From positions 32,001-96,000 of the IMG/VR virus record IMGVR_UViG_3300021399_000117: 64,000 nucleotides of DNA, one strand, 5' to 3'. Made by a program: the position numbers and the translations under genes. Of this stretch, positions 17,561 to 27,482 are shown one piece after another; the stretch's first letter is position 1, and the number at the start of each line of letters is the position of its first letter. The notes beneath the pieces are model-generated. The model did not search any database. It had not been told where the DNA came from and saw nothing but the letters and a program-made list of their open reading frames with translations. The DNA is from a virus. Lineage: Duplodnaviria; Caudoviricetes.

Positions 17561-19195
17561 TTAGTCGACTATTTTTACTTTCTCCATCTCCTTGGTAAGG
17601 ATGTGTGCTTTGTTTGGATGAACCACATATCCGAGTTTGGACAGTGTATCACAGTTGAGTAAGCAGTTAGTGGATTTTTCTTCGCGGCTTTCTACTATGC
17701 CCATATGTACGTTTTTCAGTTTGCGAAGTCCGAGTGTCAGTTCCGGAATCACTACGACAGGGCGTTTATATTCTTTGTCTCCAGCACGTGCTACCATCTC
17801 ATCAATCTTATCATATTCAAACTGTTTGCCATCCAAGGAGAACTTGATGGTCTTACCAGTGTCTTCGAACTTACCTACTTCCAGATGAGAGGCACTAGTG
17901 GAGTTACCGGTATCTAGTTTAGCGAGGAACTCCTTTTTGAATCCGTCTCCAAAATCGAGTGTCACGGATTCGATATATCCCGCTGTTTTATCTTGGAGCA
18001 TGAACTGGCTTGGATCGTCTAACTCATTGAGTATCAAGTTAATAAAATTCTCTTTCATGACGTCAGATATACCAGCAGTACCAGGAGAGGCGTTGATCTC
18101 AAGAACCACGTTATCCCCAATCTTCGGATTACTGCCTTTGACCAATGGCATGATGTCTACAGCACACCACGGGAGGTGAGATAGCTGTGCTGTCTTGAGT
18201 GCGATCTGTTCTTGTTCGGGTGTCAGATCAACAGGTTCTGCTTCGGCACCCAATGATACGTTCGAACGGAAGTCTCCACCCAGCTTAACACGTTTCATCT
18301 TGGCCAGGATGACCTGTTTGTCGCGTAAGGTAAGTACATGAACACGAATATCACCTCCATCTGCCTCCTCCTTTTTCTGAATGATGAGGCGGCGCTCAGG
18401 ATCAATAGCGAATATCATTTGGAAGATAGCCAGGATCTTTTTACCGTCTACCATAGCTACACCGGTACCACCATGGCCGTCCAATATCTTGACTACGAAC
18501 ATCAGTTTCTCGTTGTTGTCAGGGTTCTTTGGGTCCCATTCCGGATACACTGTCTTCATGGCTTTATTGTACTGTTTCTCATCGTAGAGGATGTCTTTGG
18601 TCATGAGAGTGAAATTCGGTTGAGGAATGTTGCCTTTTTGGAACAACACAGCAGACTCGTATTTATCACAAGCCAGAGCGCTGTACTTGACTGGGTTCAG
18701 TACTAAGAATCCACGATCCTGAAGCAACTGAACGATATGCTCACATTGGTCTTCACCCTGTACACCAAGGCGTGCGAAAATGAGTGTATCCAAGTTAGAC
18801 TCGTCTTTAAGTACGAACTCCTCATCACCATCAGTAATCTTGATCTCCTCTTCGCGTTCATCAGCCTCCATCTCCGCAGCTACGAATATGTGTAGTTCTG
18901 GAATGATAGGGCACTTATCTTTTTTGAGGTTTTCAACAGCCTCATAAATGTTCTTCAAGGTTTTGTTGTTCTTCGGATCACGATCGTTAGTAAAGATGAG
19001 GATGTGTTTGAAGATGTTGGTGTATGTCTTGATCTCTTCCGCATAATGAACATCAAAGTGTTCTGCGTTAGGATTAAGAGTCTTTTTGGTTACACTTTTC
19101 TTATCATCTTTGTTCTCTTTAGCCTCATTGATAGGGCGTTTTAGAATCCCGTTTATGTACAGGTCATTGACCTCGTTGATGTCTCTGTAGTTCAT
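17561..19195 (-). CDS. rimK: RimK-family ATP-grasp ligase fused to a C-terminal retropepsin-like (RimB-like) protease
   Basis: DKY, KILDGHGGTGV, DIRVHV, DFRSNVSLG, AVDI, EINASPG; C-terminal AKLDTGN..R..V..LL domain. Confidence 0.85.
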   Translation of the reverse strand: MNYRDINEVNDLYINGILKRPINEAKENKDDKKSVTKKTLNPNAEHFDVHYAEEIKTYTNIFKHILIFTNDRDPKNNKTLKNIYEAVENLKKDKCPIIPELHIFVAAEMEADEREEEIKITDGDEEFVLKDESNLDTLIFARLGVQGEDQCEHIVQLLQDRGFLVLNPVKYSALACDKYESAVLFQKGNIPQPNFTLMTKDILYDEKQYNKAMKTVYPEWDPKNPDNNEKLMFVVKILDGHGGTGVAMVDGKKILAIFQMIFAIDPERRLIIQKKEEADGGDIRVHVLTLRDKQVILAKMKRVKLGGDFRSNVSLGAEAEPVDLTPEQEQIALKTAQLSHLPWCAVDIMPLVKGSNPKIGDNVVLEINASPGTAGISDVMKENFINLILNELDDPSQFMLQDKTAGYIESVTLDFGDGFKKEFLAKLDTGNSTSASHLEVGKFEDTGKTIKFSLDGKQFEYDKIDEMVARAGDKEYKRPVVVIPELTLGLRKLKNVHMGIVESREEKSTNCLLNCDTLSKLGYVVHPNKAHILTKEMEKVKIVD

Positions 19196-19294
19196 ATGAA
19201 TTCATTTATATAACTATATAATAATAGATGGTTCTGGGCCTTATAAATTTTCGACACAAAACCTATATATTAAATCATATATAATCATAAACTT

Positions 19295-20383
19295 ATGAAG
19301 AGCAAGTGCACATTACTGGTAGATGGTAACTGGTTGCTAATCAGTAGATTCTCTGTGATGACAAAACTGTTTCGCGAGAATCAACCTGAGCCTATCTTGG
19401 AGTCCGCAACGAATAATCTGCATGATAGGATGGCTCGATCTATCCATATGATTCTCAATAGATTCAAGGAGATAGACAACATCATATTTATCACAGACGG
19501 AGGGTCCTGGCGAAAACAATTACCTATACCTTCACAATTACAAAACATCACATACAAAGGCAATCGTGAGGAAGAGGTAGGAATATCCTGGAATCACGTG
19601 TTTAAAGCACTGAACAAACTGTCCAAACGGTGCAAAGAGGTAGGTATCACAACCTGCACCCAATCCAATATTGAAGGAGATGACTGGACTTGGTACTGGT
19701 CACGCCGCCTGAATGCAGAAGGCACCAGTTGTATTATCTGGACTTCGGATCACGACCTCATGCAACTCGTACAAAACAAAGGTGGGATTTTTACCGCTTG
19801 GTATAATGATCTAGCTGGCTTGACCCTGCATGAGAGTCTGGAGATAAAAAATCCAGACCCCGATGACCTAGACTTCTTCATGCAGCCAGTCATCTACAAA
19901 AACCCTATTATAGAAGGTCTGGAAAAGCGCTCCGGCAAGAAAGTCAACTATATCGACCCTAATGCGATTATCAACAGTAAGGTGATCTGTGGAGACTCGG
20001 GTGATAACATCAAGTCTGTGGTGCGTGTAGTCAAATCCGGACGCAACTATGGTGTAGGGCCAAAAGATTGGGAAGGAGTAGCACACACATTACACATACA
20101 TACTATTCAGGAACTGATATCACACAAACAGGATATCGCACGGGAATTATTGAAATTGAATAAATTCCGCGGCTACGGTGTGACGCCTGAGCAAGTCCTG
20201 GAGATGATTGACTACAACATCAAACTGGTGTGGTTGAATGAAGAGGTCATCCCGGAGACGATCCTGTCTGTCATGAACACACACGAATATAACCAGATGG
20301 ATATTGATTATCTGAGAGGATCATGCACCGTGTTGTTAGATGACCATGAAAGACATATTCAGGAAATTTTTGAGGGTATCTAA
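19295..20383 (+). CDS. rnh: 5'-3' exonuclease / T4 RNase H-like (FEN family)
   Basis: LLVDGN, SWRK, YKGNR, EGDD, SDHDLMQL, GDSGDNI. Confidence 0.88.
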   Translation: MKSKCTLLVDGNWLLISRFSVMTKLFRENQPEPILESATNNLHDRMARSIHMILNRFKEIDNIIFITDGGSWRKQLPIPSQLQNITYKGNREEEVGISWNHVFKALNKLSKRCKEVGITTCTQSNIEGDDWTWYWSRRLNAEGTSCIIWTSDHDLMQLVQNKGGIFTAWYNDLAGLTLHESLEIKNPDPDDLDFFMQPVIYKNPIIEGLEKRSGKKVNYIDPNAIINSKVICGDSGDNIKSVVRVVKSGRNYGVGPKDWEGVAHTLHIHTIQELISHKQDIARELLKLNKFRGYGVTPEQVLEMIDYNIKLVWLNEEVIPETILSVMNTHEYNQMDIDYLRGSCTVLLDDHERHIQEIFEGI

Positions 20384-20467
20384 AAAATACTCATTTTCAT
20401 ATATATTATATATGAAAGAGGTATATATACTCTTCGTAACAAATAAACAACAAATAAACTTCAATTT

Positions 20468-21679
20468 ATGCAAAACGCAGTTGACATTGACACACTGATG
20501 GGCTTTGACCCCGAAAACATGACTGTGTTCCAAGAGAACAACAGTTCCAAGGTAAATCCAAACATCTACAAAACCAATCCGAAGGACAGTAAGTCCGAAG
20601 ATGGAAACTATCGTTCCAAACTCCGCGTTATCTACAACCCTTATTCTATCAAGGATTCAATCGTTGATCAGACCACGTACGCAATGCGTGATGGTGCCGG
20701 GTTCTTCATGGCCAAGGCTCTTCCTTACGATCAAGGAGGTCGAGACAAATGCCCGTTGTTCAAGGCCTGGAAGACAGTATTCTTCGCAAACTCCGAGTTC
20801 GCTGGTAAGTTTGCTTCCAAGATGTTCCCCGGTGAAGGCAACGCAGCAAAACGTGAGGCACTCCTCCAAGAGTTCAACGCGGTACAGGGTTACGGCAAAG
20901 AGGCAAACGACAAACGCTTCAAAGGTACCGAGTTAGGCAAGTTGATCCGCGAGTACGCTAGTGAGAACTTCGAGCGTACTGAGACGACTTGGGCATTGGT
21001 ACAAATCCTTGAAGACATCAACAAGCCGGAGCTGGTTGGTCAGATCAAGGTGATGAAGCTGCCTTCAGACGTCCTCACAAAGCTTGAGGGTAAGATGCAC
21101 CCAGCAAAAGAGTCCGGTAAGAAACCGGTTGACCTTATGAGTTGGGTATTGGGTTATCCATTGGAGATGGATGTTCAACCTGGACCAGACGATCCAAAGA
21201 ATCCTGAGCGCCGTCAACGTGAGATCTCCTATGGTCTCTGTGACTTCAGCACTGATTTCGAGCCGATCCGCAAGATCGATGGCACTCCATTGTTCACTGA
21301 CGAACAGATCGCTATCCTGGACGAGTACGCCACCGCCCGCACCGATGCCGAGAAGGCAAAAACGGAGGCGAAGAAAAAGGCAGCAGCGGAGAAGATCGCC
21401 AAAGGCTCAGACCTTTACAACAAGGTACGTGAGTTGGTAGGTATCGCTTACAACTATCTCGTTAACGAAGCCAAGATCATCAACCTGGTTGATGAGTGTG
21501 CTTATAAGGAGTGGGATCCGGAGACAGCGGCACGTATTCAGAAATGGATCGACGATGTGACTCTCGCAAACTTCACAGCAGAAGCATCAGCGAATGATGC
21601 GCAAGTTGTAGAGGAAGCGCCGGCAGAGCAAGCAGTAGATGCTACTACTGAACAGTCTGGTACTGATCTTCCTTTCTAA
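20468..21679 (+). CDS. Single-stranded DNA-binding protein, gp32-like
   Basis: CPL..W, VQILED..KPELVGQIKV.K pattern; acidic tail ending TDLPF; next to RNase H as in T4. Confidence 0.7.
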   Translation: MQNAVDIDTLMGFDPENMTVFQENNSSKVNPNIYKTNPKDSKSEDGNYRSKLRVIYNPYSIKDSIVDQTTYAMRDGAGFFMAKALPYDQGGRDKCPLFKAWKTVFFANSEFAGKFASKMFPGEGNAAKREALLQEFNAVQGYGKEANDKRFKGTELGKLIREYASENFERTETTWALVQILEDINKPELVGQIKVMKLPSDVLTKLEGKMHPAKESGKKPVDLMSWVLGYPLEMDVQPGPDDPKNPERRQREISYGLCDFSTDFEPIRKIDGTPLFTDEQIAILDEYATARTDAEKAKTEAKKKAAAEKIAKGSDLYNKVRELVGIAYNYLVNEAKIINLVDECAYKEWDPETAARIQKWIDDVTLANFTAEASANDAQVVEEAPAEQAVDATTEQSGTDLPF

Positions 21680-21700
21680 TAGAAGAACGGAGCGCAAAAA

Positions 21701-21730
21701 TAAAGGAGACTCGTGATGAGCCTCCTTTTA
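21701..21730. terminator. Bidirectional terminator
   Basis: TAAAGGAGACTC-gtgat-GAGCCTCCTTTTA between convergent genes. Confidence 0.65.
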
Positions 21731-21732
21731 TT

Positions 21733-21921
21733 TTATTCTTCTTCTCCTGCTTTTTTGGATTTCCTCTTACGATGTGGGTGTTCCTTTTTTGTTTTGGCTG
21801 TTAGTGGTTCAGACCCTTTCCCGTCCCCATCATCAGCAGTAGGATTACCCATACCTGGAGTATTACCTGGAGTGGCGTTGTTGCCGCATTCTTCTTCTAT
21901 ATAATCAAACAATCTTTTCAT
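21733..21921 (-). CDS. Small protein with capsid-targeting-like leader (MKRLFDYIEE)
   Basis: Leader motif, TTATTAT upstream, basic C-terminus. Confidence 0.6.
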   Translation of the reverse strand: MKRLFDYIEEECGNNATPGNTPGMGNPTADDGDGKGSEPLTAKTKKEHPHRKRKSKKAGEEE

Positions 21922-22011
21922 ATGACCGTATTTTCACTAAAATAATAACGGGTCAATAACATAAAGTTTAAGTGGGATACCTATATATTATTATGTACTG
22001 AAATCAATGAA

Positions 22012-25000
22012 ATGACTAAAGATATTACACTGGAACAATCATTGCAGGCGTACCGCGTGATGTCCACACCAACCAAACTCTCCTGGAAACAACACTGGGC
22101 TCAGGAGACCTTTTCTGATGTGGATTATTTGAAGTGCGATCCAATGGAACGGAAGCAATTTAACAAGCGTTTACAAGAATGCCAGGTAACGATATGTTCG
22201 AACATCAAACAGACGCAAGGTATCTCGTGTACACTGGAGGATCTGGTGAATACTATCATTTCTCCTGATAATAAGAATTGCGCAAAGATCAATCGTAAAG
22301 TAATATATTCCACGTCGAACGGAGAACGACCTATAGGTAAGAAAGCATTTGAACTCTGGAATGGTTTTCAGGTCATCGATATGGATATCAAAGATGAACA
22401 GTTGGCACAGAAACTGAAGGTGCACATCTTCAATCACCTCAATAAGTGCAACTGGTTCTTGGGTTGCACCTTATCTAGTTCGGGTAAGGGTCTCCATGTC
22501 TATACCAAGATCGCTATTGCTGATGCAGATCAAGAGGACGACAAGCGTAAGAAACTGTTGTTCTTGACGAACTTCAGACATAAGTATTCATTTGTGTACA
22601 TAGCTTGTTTGAGCGCCATGGAAGAACTTCACTTCAGCAAAGATGACTTGTTGAAATGGATGGACTTGGCTATGTTCAAACCCCAACAAGGTGCGTTCAT
22701 CGGATATGATGAGCACCCTTTGATCAACACACACTTCTTCGAAGATTTCATATACGTGAACTTCGATAACATAGAGGATATCGGACATCCGGATATTGAC
22801 TGGGTGACTTATCCTGACTTGAAAGAGATATTCAAACGCTGGGAGTGGTTCGAAGACAATGATGAGGAGGACTTGAAGGTGGAAGTACTTGAAGCCAAAG
22901 ATCTAGAGTTCGATACTCATAACAGAGTTCACTACAAACACAATGAACGTTGGCGTCTGGCGAACACCTTGGTTAAACTGTACGGACTGGAGAAAGGATT
23001 CAAGTATCTCCGTCTGATATGTTCAAACGCTATATCTGATAAAGAGTTGCAGGCAGACTGTATCACAGCAGCTCGCCATGAGAAACCCGTGGATACTTGG
23101 GCGGTTAATCGACTGAACTCCCAACACGGATTCAAGATCAAGTTGAACATCCAGGACGAGGCCTTCGACGAGAGTGCGATATTTAGTAGTGTAGATAAGA
23201 TTGAGAACCCGACACTGATACGTGAGAGCAAGTACGTCAAGACCTTTCATATCACAAAGAACGAGTATCTGGGTAACATCAAATGGGAGTTACTCAATAA
23301 CATCGGACGAATCACGCTGATCGAAGCAGGCGCTGGTGTGGGTAAGACGGAGATGATCAAGTCCCTGGTTCGCGATGGTAAAAAAGTGGTGATGGTCATG
23401 CCGTTCACCTCTACTATCAAGTCTAAGGTAGAAGGAGAGGATGACTGGTACTACAGCTACGGTAACAAGAAACCACGACTAGATCTGACCCGAGGCGTGT
23501 CCATGACTATTGATAAGTTCTCACACATGAACCTGATGGATATCAAGGCTGCAGGGTTTGATTATATAATTATAGATGAGTCCCATCTGATGTTCATGAG
23601 TGAATACAGGCCTGTCATGCCTAAGATCATCGAGATGATTCGTAACACGGAGGTGCCTATTATTCTTATGTCAGGAACACCTAGTGGAGAAACTGTGTTC
23701 TTTCCGGATATCGTTCACCTGAAAGTTATCAAGGAGGATGTCCGCAAAAAAGAGTTCATGGTGAATCTTGTTGAAAACAGCAGCGATCTGATGTATCATA
23801 TGTGTCGATCTATGGCAAACGATATAGCAGAAGGCAAAAGGGTGTTGTTCCCAACAAATAAAGGTACTCTGTTCAGCGAGCAGATCAAGGCAGCGGTTCA
23901 GTACTTCCTTGAAAAGGAACATCTCATCTTTGACGAAGTACGATTGAAGTACTACAAGAAGTCCAATCTAGGCGAGCAGTTCATGGATGATGTCAACTTC
24001 GAAAAGACTATTAAGGACACTCAAATCCTGATGTGCTCCAGTTACCTCTCGGTAGGCGTAGACATCTTGGATAGGTTCAAGTTCAATATATACTTTGATG
24101 ATCTCATGATGCCTCAGGAGGTAGAGCAGTTTGCTAACCGATTGAGATCGAATGACTTGTATATCCGACTGTACATTGCCAAGAATGATGCAGATGGAAA
24201 CTCTCGTTCGATACACAAGTTCAAACCCATGAACTTCAAATTGAATGATGAGGAGATCAAAGATGTTCACTCTATATTGCGTTTGTGTAATGCGATGATT
24301 GAACGTAACCCGGTTGAATACAGATATAACTCCTTGGTAGCGTCTATCATTCATGACAACACATATATTGAATACAACGATGTAGAAAACAAGTACTACC
24401 TGAACGAAATAGCATACAAAGTAGTATATTTCGAACGCAAGTATCGAGAATATGTGCAACAACTTCCTGTGTTGATGAAGGGCATGATGGCGTACGGATA
24501 CGAGATCAGTTCAAAAGACTTAGGAGGATTTGCATTGGAGGATGGCGAGATCTTTACTGACTTGAAGAACATGGTTAAGCTCGCATACGATGATCGCTTG
24601 CAACTCAATACACGTCACGTAGAGGAACTAATGGACATGATCACTGAAGATCGGTTGACTATATATCGGGATGTGCTTCAGGGGGTTTATGACATCAAGA
24701 AGGGAGATGTCTGGAAGGAGGATCTTTTCAAACGCACGATGACAGTTAAGAACGTAGAGGTATTTGAGAAAGTGGTGCCAATCTTCGTCAGCATGTCCAA
24801 GCAGTATAACGTAGAGGACATTAAAAGCATATTCGAGAGCTGTCGCAACAAGAACGGATCATTCAACTTCGCAGCAATCAAACGTATCAAATTGTTAATC
24901 AATCTGGTATACAATAACAAGAAAGAGCGGTTGGATATTCCGATCCAGGACTTTATGAACAAGGTATACGACTTCTGTCAGTACGAGACAGTCAAGAAGA

Positions 25001-25320
25001 CAGAGATAACCAAGTTCTTACACGATTATGCACGGCAGTATGCCACACATGAATCACAGGGTGATGTTAAGATCTACCTAGCACAGATCACTATGGAAAA
25101 GATTCAGAACACCTTTACGGATATATTCAAGTGTCTGGTAAATATGTCGCGACCAAATAAGCAAGGCATCTGCACACTCGAAAAGGTTGAACTTCTTTGG
25201 AAGGAACGCGAAGAATATGAGAAAATTGATAACAATGAACACTCATTCTTGTTGGCAGAGTTCCTTGAAAATCAACATGTTGACTATCAAGAAGTCCATA
25301 TGAATGACCAAGTGATGTAA
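22012..25320 (+). CDS. Primase-polymerase (AEP, VirE-N/BT4734-like) fused to an SF2 helicase
   Basis: N-terminal DMD and SSSGKGLH motifs; Walker A AGAGVGKT, DESH, SGT, SVGVD, QFANRLR. Confidence 0.75.
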   Translation: MTKDITLEQSLQAYRVMSTPTKLSWKQHWAQETFSDVDYLKCDPMERKQFNKRLQECQVTICSNIKQTQGISCTLEDLVNTIISPDNKNCAKINRKVIYSTSNGERPIGKKAFELWNGFQVIDMDIKDEQLAQKLKVHIFNHLNKCNWFLGCTLSSSGKGLHVYTKIAIADADQEDDKRKKLLFLTNFRHKYSFVYIACLSAMEELHFSKDDLLKWMDLAMFKPQQGAFIGYDEHPLINTHFFEDFIYVNFDNIEDIGHPDIDWVTYPDLKEIFKRWEWFEDNDEEDLKVEVLEAKDLEFDTHNRVHYKHNERWRLANTLVKLYGLEKGFKYLRLICSNAISDKELQADCITAARHEKPVDTWAVNRLNSQHGFKIKLNIQDEAFDESAIFSSVDKIENPTLIRESKYVKTFHITKNEYLGNIKWELLNNIGRITLIEAGAGVGKTEMIKSLVRDGKKVVMVMPFTSTIKSKVEGEDDWYYSYGNKKPRLDLTRGVSMTIDKFSHMNLMDIKAAGFDYIIIDESHLMFMSEYRPVMPKIIEMIRNTEVPIILMSGTPSGETVFFPDIVHLKVIKEDVRKKEFMVNLVENSSDLMYHMCRSMANDIAEGKRVLFPTNKGTLFSEQIKAAVQYFLEKEHLIFDEVRLKYYKKSNLGEQFMDDVNFEKTIKDTQILMCSSYLSVGVDILDRFKFNIYFDDLMMPQEVEQFANRLRSNDLYIRLYIAKNDADGNSRSIHKFKPMNFKLNDEEIKDVHSILRLCNAMIERNPVEYRYNSLVASIIHDNTYIEYNDVENKYYLNEIAYKVVYFERKYREYVQQLPVLMKGMMAYGYEISSKDLGGFALEDGEIFTDLKNMVKLAYDDRLQLNTRHVEELMDMITEDRLTIYRDVLQGVYDIKKGDVWKEDLFKRTMTVKNVEVFEKVVPIFVSMSKQYNVEDIKSIFESCRNKNGSFNFAAIKRIKLLINLVYNNKKERLDIPIQDFMNKVYDFCQYETVKKTEITKFLHDYARQYATHESQGDVKIYLAQITMEKIQNTFTDIFKCLVNMSRPNKQGICTLEKVELLWKEREEYEKIDNNEHSFLLAEFLENQHVDYQEVHMNDQVM

Positions 25321-25372
25321 ATTTTTGAACATTTTTTGATATATTTACCTATGAAATATAGTATTACACTAA

Positions 25373-26677
25373 ATGATATCATTAGATTCATTTGAAAAGA
25401 AACTGGATAAGTTCCGTAATAACAATCCTGAATTGATAGAAGCGTACGAAAGCAAACAAGATGATTCTTTCGATGAATATACGCATGACTTATACCAGAT
25501 GTATGTTAATCTCATTAAGTTAAGACCTACTGCAGATCCTATAGCAACGATTCAATCCGCACTTTGTGAAGCTATCCATAACAATACCAACGTGCTGGAT
25601 GCTTTCGATGCCATTATAGCACGAGCTATGATGGGAGGGGATGATCATAGCACACTTCAACAGTACTTCAAAGAACTCGGACGAGTATACGACAAACACG
25701 ACAACAACTACGACATAGTGTACTGTCCTGAAAACCGGGACAAACTCATCGAGATGAACTTGAAGACGGTCATCAGTATCGCAAAAGGTTACCAAGGCTT
25801 AGGGCTCTCATTGGAAGAACTCATCAGCGCTGGTAACCTTGGTTTGGTTACCTCCTTTGATAAATACGATCCGGATCGTGCCAAACTGAAGGACAACATG
25901 CTGGCTAGTCTAGAAGATCTTCCAGATAATGCAGACCAGGTCACCATTCTCGGGCGGGTATACGAATACATGAAGTACGGAGACATCAAGAAAAAGTTCA
26001 TCAAGACATTTGGTATTACGGAAAAGACCAAAGCTGAAAAAACAGAAGAGTCTGAAGAGGACGAACTGGAAGAGATGATAGGTAAGTCCAAAGCGAAATC
26101 CGAACCAAAGTTGATTGGTTGGAAAGAGTTTACCAAGAACGATGTGTCCAAGTGGATCAAGAAGACCGTACAAAACGCTACTTTCAACTCAGTGGCGTTC
26201 ATGTGGATCCGCGCTTTTATACTAATTGAGATTGATACCAACTCTCGATTGGTCAAGAAACCTAAGTCGGAGATATATAATGACAAACTCAAGTACGGCT
26301 CGTACAAGAAAGAGGTGACTCTAGACATCGATGCACCAGTCAACGATGATGGTAACACCAGCTTTGGAGACATCCTTCAGATTGCGGACGACACCCATAC
26401 GACCATGGATGTGAGCGAGGCATACGATACCTTTAAGGATGGTCTCAACAAACTACTGGATGGAGTCAAACCACGTGATCGTAGTGTATTTCTCAAAAAG
26501 TTCGGCATTGGACTACCACGCCCTATGCTTCCAAAAGAGATAGCAGAACAAGAGAACCTTTCTATCGCACGTATATCACAGATATTCCAATCAGTCATAG
26601 AGCAAATGCAATACAACGCTTCCAAGTATAATATCAATCCCGATATACTATTTGAAGCGGCGCGTAACCTGGATTAA
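25373..26677 (+). CDS. Sigma70-family RNA polymerase sigma factor (RpoD-like) with a region-2 insertion
   Basis: LIEMNLKTVISIAKGYQGLGLSLEELISAGNLGL..DKYD; F..VAFMWIR; region 4 EIAEQENLSIARISQI. Confidence 0.88.
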   Translation: MISLDSFEKKLDKFRNNNPELIEAYESKQDDSFDEYTHDLYQMYVNLIKLRPTADPIATIQSALCEAIHNNTNVLDAFDAIIARAMMGGDDHSTLQQYFKELGRVYDKHDNNYDIVYCPENRDKLIEMNLKTVISIAKGYQGLGLSLEELISAGNLGLVTSFDKYDPDRAKLKDNMLASLEDLPDNADQVTILGRVYEYMKYGDIKKKFIKTFGITEKTKAEKTEESEEDELEEMIGKSKAKSEPKLIGWKEFTKNDVSKWIKKTVQNATFNSVAFMWIRAFILIEIDTNSRLVKKPKSEIYNDKLKYGSYKKEVTLDIDAPVNDDGNTSFGDILQIADDTHTTMDVSEAYDTFKDGLNKLLDGVKPRDRSVFLKKFGIGLPRPMLPKEIAEQENLSIARISQIFQSVIEQMQYNASKYNINPDILFEAARNLD

Positions 26678-26691
26678 AAAACAAAACTAAA

Positions 26692-26994
26692 ATGAAAATA
26701 GAAATTTGTATAATTTTAGTAACGCTGATAGTATTAGCATTATTATGTGTATTGTTACAGGATCACAGTAGAAATAAAAGAAGAAGACAACAATTATCTT
26801 GTAATCACGATTTCAAATACAAACAGAATGTTTGGGGTTACGAAGGAGATATATTGATGCATCAATATGAATGCACAAAATGCGGAAGAAAAGACTACCT
26901 TATTGCCCGTGATGATCAGGATAAAGATTGGAATCATGGCAAAGGAGATGGAAAGCTTTGTGATATTGACAGACAAGAATGCCCTCGTAATTAA
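26692..26994 (+). CDS. Hypothetical membrane-anchored protein with CxH..CxxC
   Basis: N-terminal TM, CNHDF, CTKCG. Confidence 0.6.
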   Translation: MKIEICIILVTLIVLALLCVLLQDHSRNKRRRQQLSCNHDFKYKQNVWGYEGDILMHQYECTKCGRKDYLIARDDQDKDWNHGKGDGKLCDIDRQECPRN

Positions 26995-27035
26995 ACTGTT
27001 CAAAAAAAATTGATGTGCCTTTGGTACTTCGTTAA

Positions 27036-27063
27036 CAAGGTCTTGAAAAACTTTGGAATTTCA
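27036..27063 (+). repeat. Single copy of the 31-nt module core (CAAGGTCTTGAAAAACTTTGGAATTTCA)
   Basis: Near-identical to 717-744 and 748-775; followed by a T-run and TATATAT. Confidence 0.85.
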
Positions 27064-27113
27064 TTAAATATTTTCAGCTTTTTTAGATATATATACATAA
27101 AACAAAAAAGCAT

Positions 27114-27290
27114 ATGACTCTTTGGATAGTACTTACAGTGTTTTCTATAGTAATAATGGTAGCCAGTTGGATTCGCAGCAAGACTCACAACGAATCTATA
27201 GATGATGATTCCACTCTGTCCGGCGCGGGATTTGCTATAGGAGCAATGGGGACTCTTTTCTTTGGGATAATAACAATACTTTGTATATAA
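27114..27290 (+). CDS. Small two-TM membrane protein (58 aa), not in ORF track
   Basis: MTLWIVLTVFSIVIMVASW...AGFAIGAMGTLFFGIITILCI. Confidence 0.6.
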   Translation: MTLWIVLTVFSIVIMVASWIRSKTHNESIDDDSTLSGAGFAIGAMGTLFFGIITILCI

Positions 27291-27293
27291 GAT

Positions 27294-27482
27294 ATGTCAA
27301 TCCTTTCAATTCTCGGTATGTGCATGATGGCAATATCGTTTGTCGCACAGGTCAATATCGACGCAAAACAAAAAAGTATGGATCCTAAACCACTAACTGA
27401 GGATGAACACAAGTCTCTGACCGCTCAATGGGCATTCTGTTTCAGCCTGGGTGCTTTAGTATTCTTAATAGGACTGCTATGA
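27294..27482 (+). CDS. Small two-TM membrane protein
   Basis: Two hydrophobic segments; same architecture as the upstream neighbour. Confidence 0.6.
   Translation: MSILSILGMCMMAISFVAQVNIDAKQKSMDPKPLTEDEHKSLTAQWAFCFSLGALVFLIGLL

Noticed and set aside
25880-26173. Intein in the sigma factor
   Set aside because: No Cys/Ser N-terminus, no His-Asn followed by Cys/Ser/Thr, and no splicing motifs
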